DNA from: Perkinsus chesapeaki ATCC PRA-425
Taxonomy: Eukaryota; Protista; Perkinsozoa
Direction: 5' to 3'
Length of the DNA stretch: 64,000 nucleotides
Assembly: GCA_013115145.1 (NCBI GenBank)
Contig: JAAPAO010000052.1
Span: forward strand, 1 to 64,000
A program made the translations under genes and the position numbers. The notes beneath the pieces are model-generated. The model did no database searches and was not told the DNA's origin. It saw only the letters and a program-made list of their open reading frames with translations. This document shows positions 63,901-64,000 of this stretch, in pieces (the first letter of the stretch is position 1; each line of letters begins with the position of its first letter).

Positions 63901-64000
63901 TTAGCAAAATCAGCACGTATTGATGAGTTTGCTATTCGTCTGAGATATGTCATTATTATGCCTAGTAATAGTAGTAGTATTACATCTTAGCTATATCATC
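57985..64000 (-). CDS. 5'-truncated gene: CCCH zinc-finger array, IRE1/RNase L-like pseudokinase and KEN-like domain
   Basis: Spliced in phase: KFRTSTCERFAATGECLFSSRCQYSH (C-x8-C-x5-C-x3-H), CPLGRSCRLSHSEEEVLFHPWVYKALLC...CPFAH, then AHGAKG, LAKII, VRELALL, YHGRLSANNVLV, IGDH, EGWYPPE, VDVWGLG, HPLL and TVLDILSYVRRK. The reading frame continues to the window edge. Confidence 0.75.

Noticed and set aside
57700-64000. Abundant tat/tag/gat triplet runs and an AT shift
   Set aside because: Ordinary microsatellite-like intron content and low-complexity coding tracts; no higher-order periodicity seen.
1-64000. rRNA, tRNA or snRNA genes
   Set aside because: None recognised by eye; tRNAscan-SE and Infernal would be needed to exclude them.

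Overview
Intron-dense eukaryotic genomic DNA, most consistent with a Perkinsus-like alveolate. This is an inference from the typically 40-60 nt GT/GC-AG introns, a single-domain EF-hand cation channel and intronless lineage-specific gene families. Bases 1-8.3 kb are a decayed transposable-element and pseudogene zone (Ty3/gypsy-like relic, Tc1/mariner relic, Penelope-like RT relic). The rest holds about 20 mostly multi-exon genes that I assembled by hand from splice sites, so the six-frame ORF track shows only fragments and exon boundaries are approximate. Recognisable genes: single-domain voltage-gated channel, GT2 glycosyltransferase, two near-identical intronless 549-aa genes, two tandem FAXDC2/ERG25-like hydroxylases, USP36/42-like deubiquitinase, DHX34, LMBR1-domain protein, CDK9/12-like kinase and SulP-STAS-cNMP transporter. 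Two unusual fusion genes stand out: (1) a CCCH zinc-finger array joined to an IRE1/RNase L-like pseudokinase and a divergent KEN-like domain (about 58.0-64.0 kb, minus strand, 5' end outside the window); (2) an F-box joined to a kinesin-like domain that lacks the P-loop and switch motifs (9.7-11.4 kb, minus strand). All family calls come from motifs recognised by eye; no database searches were run.
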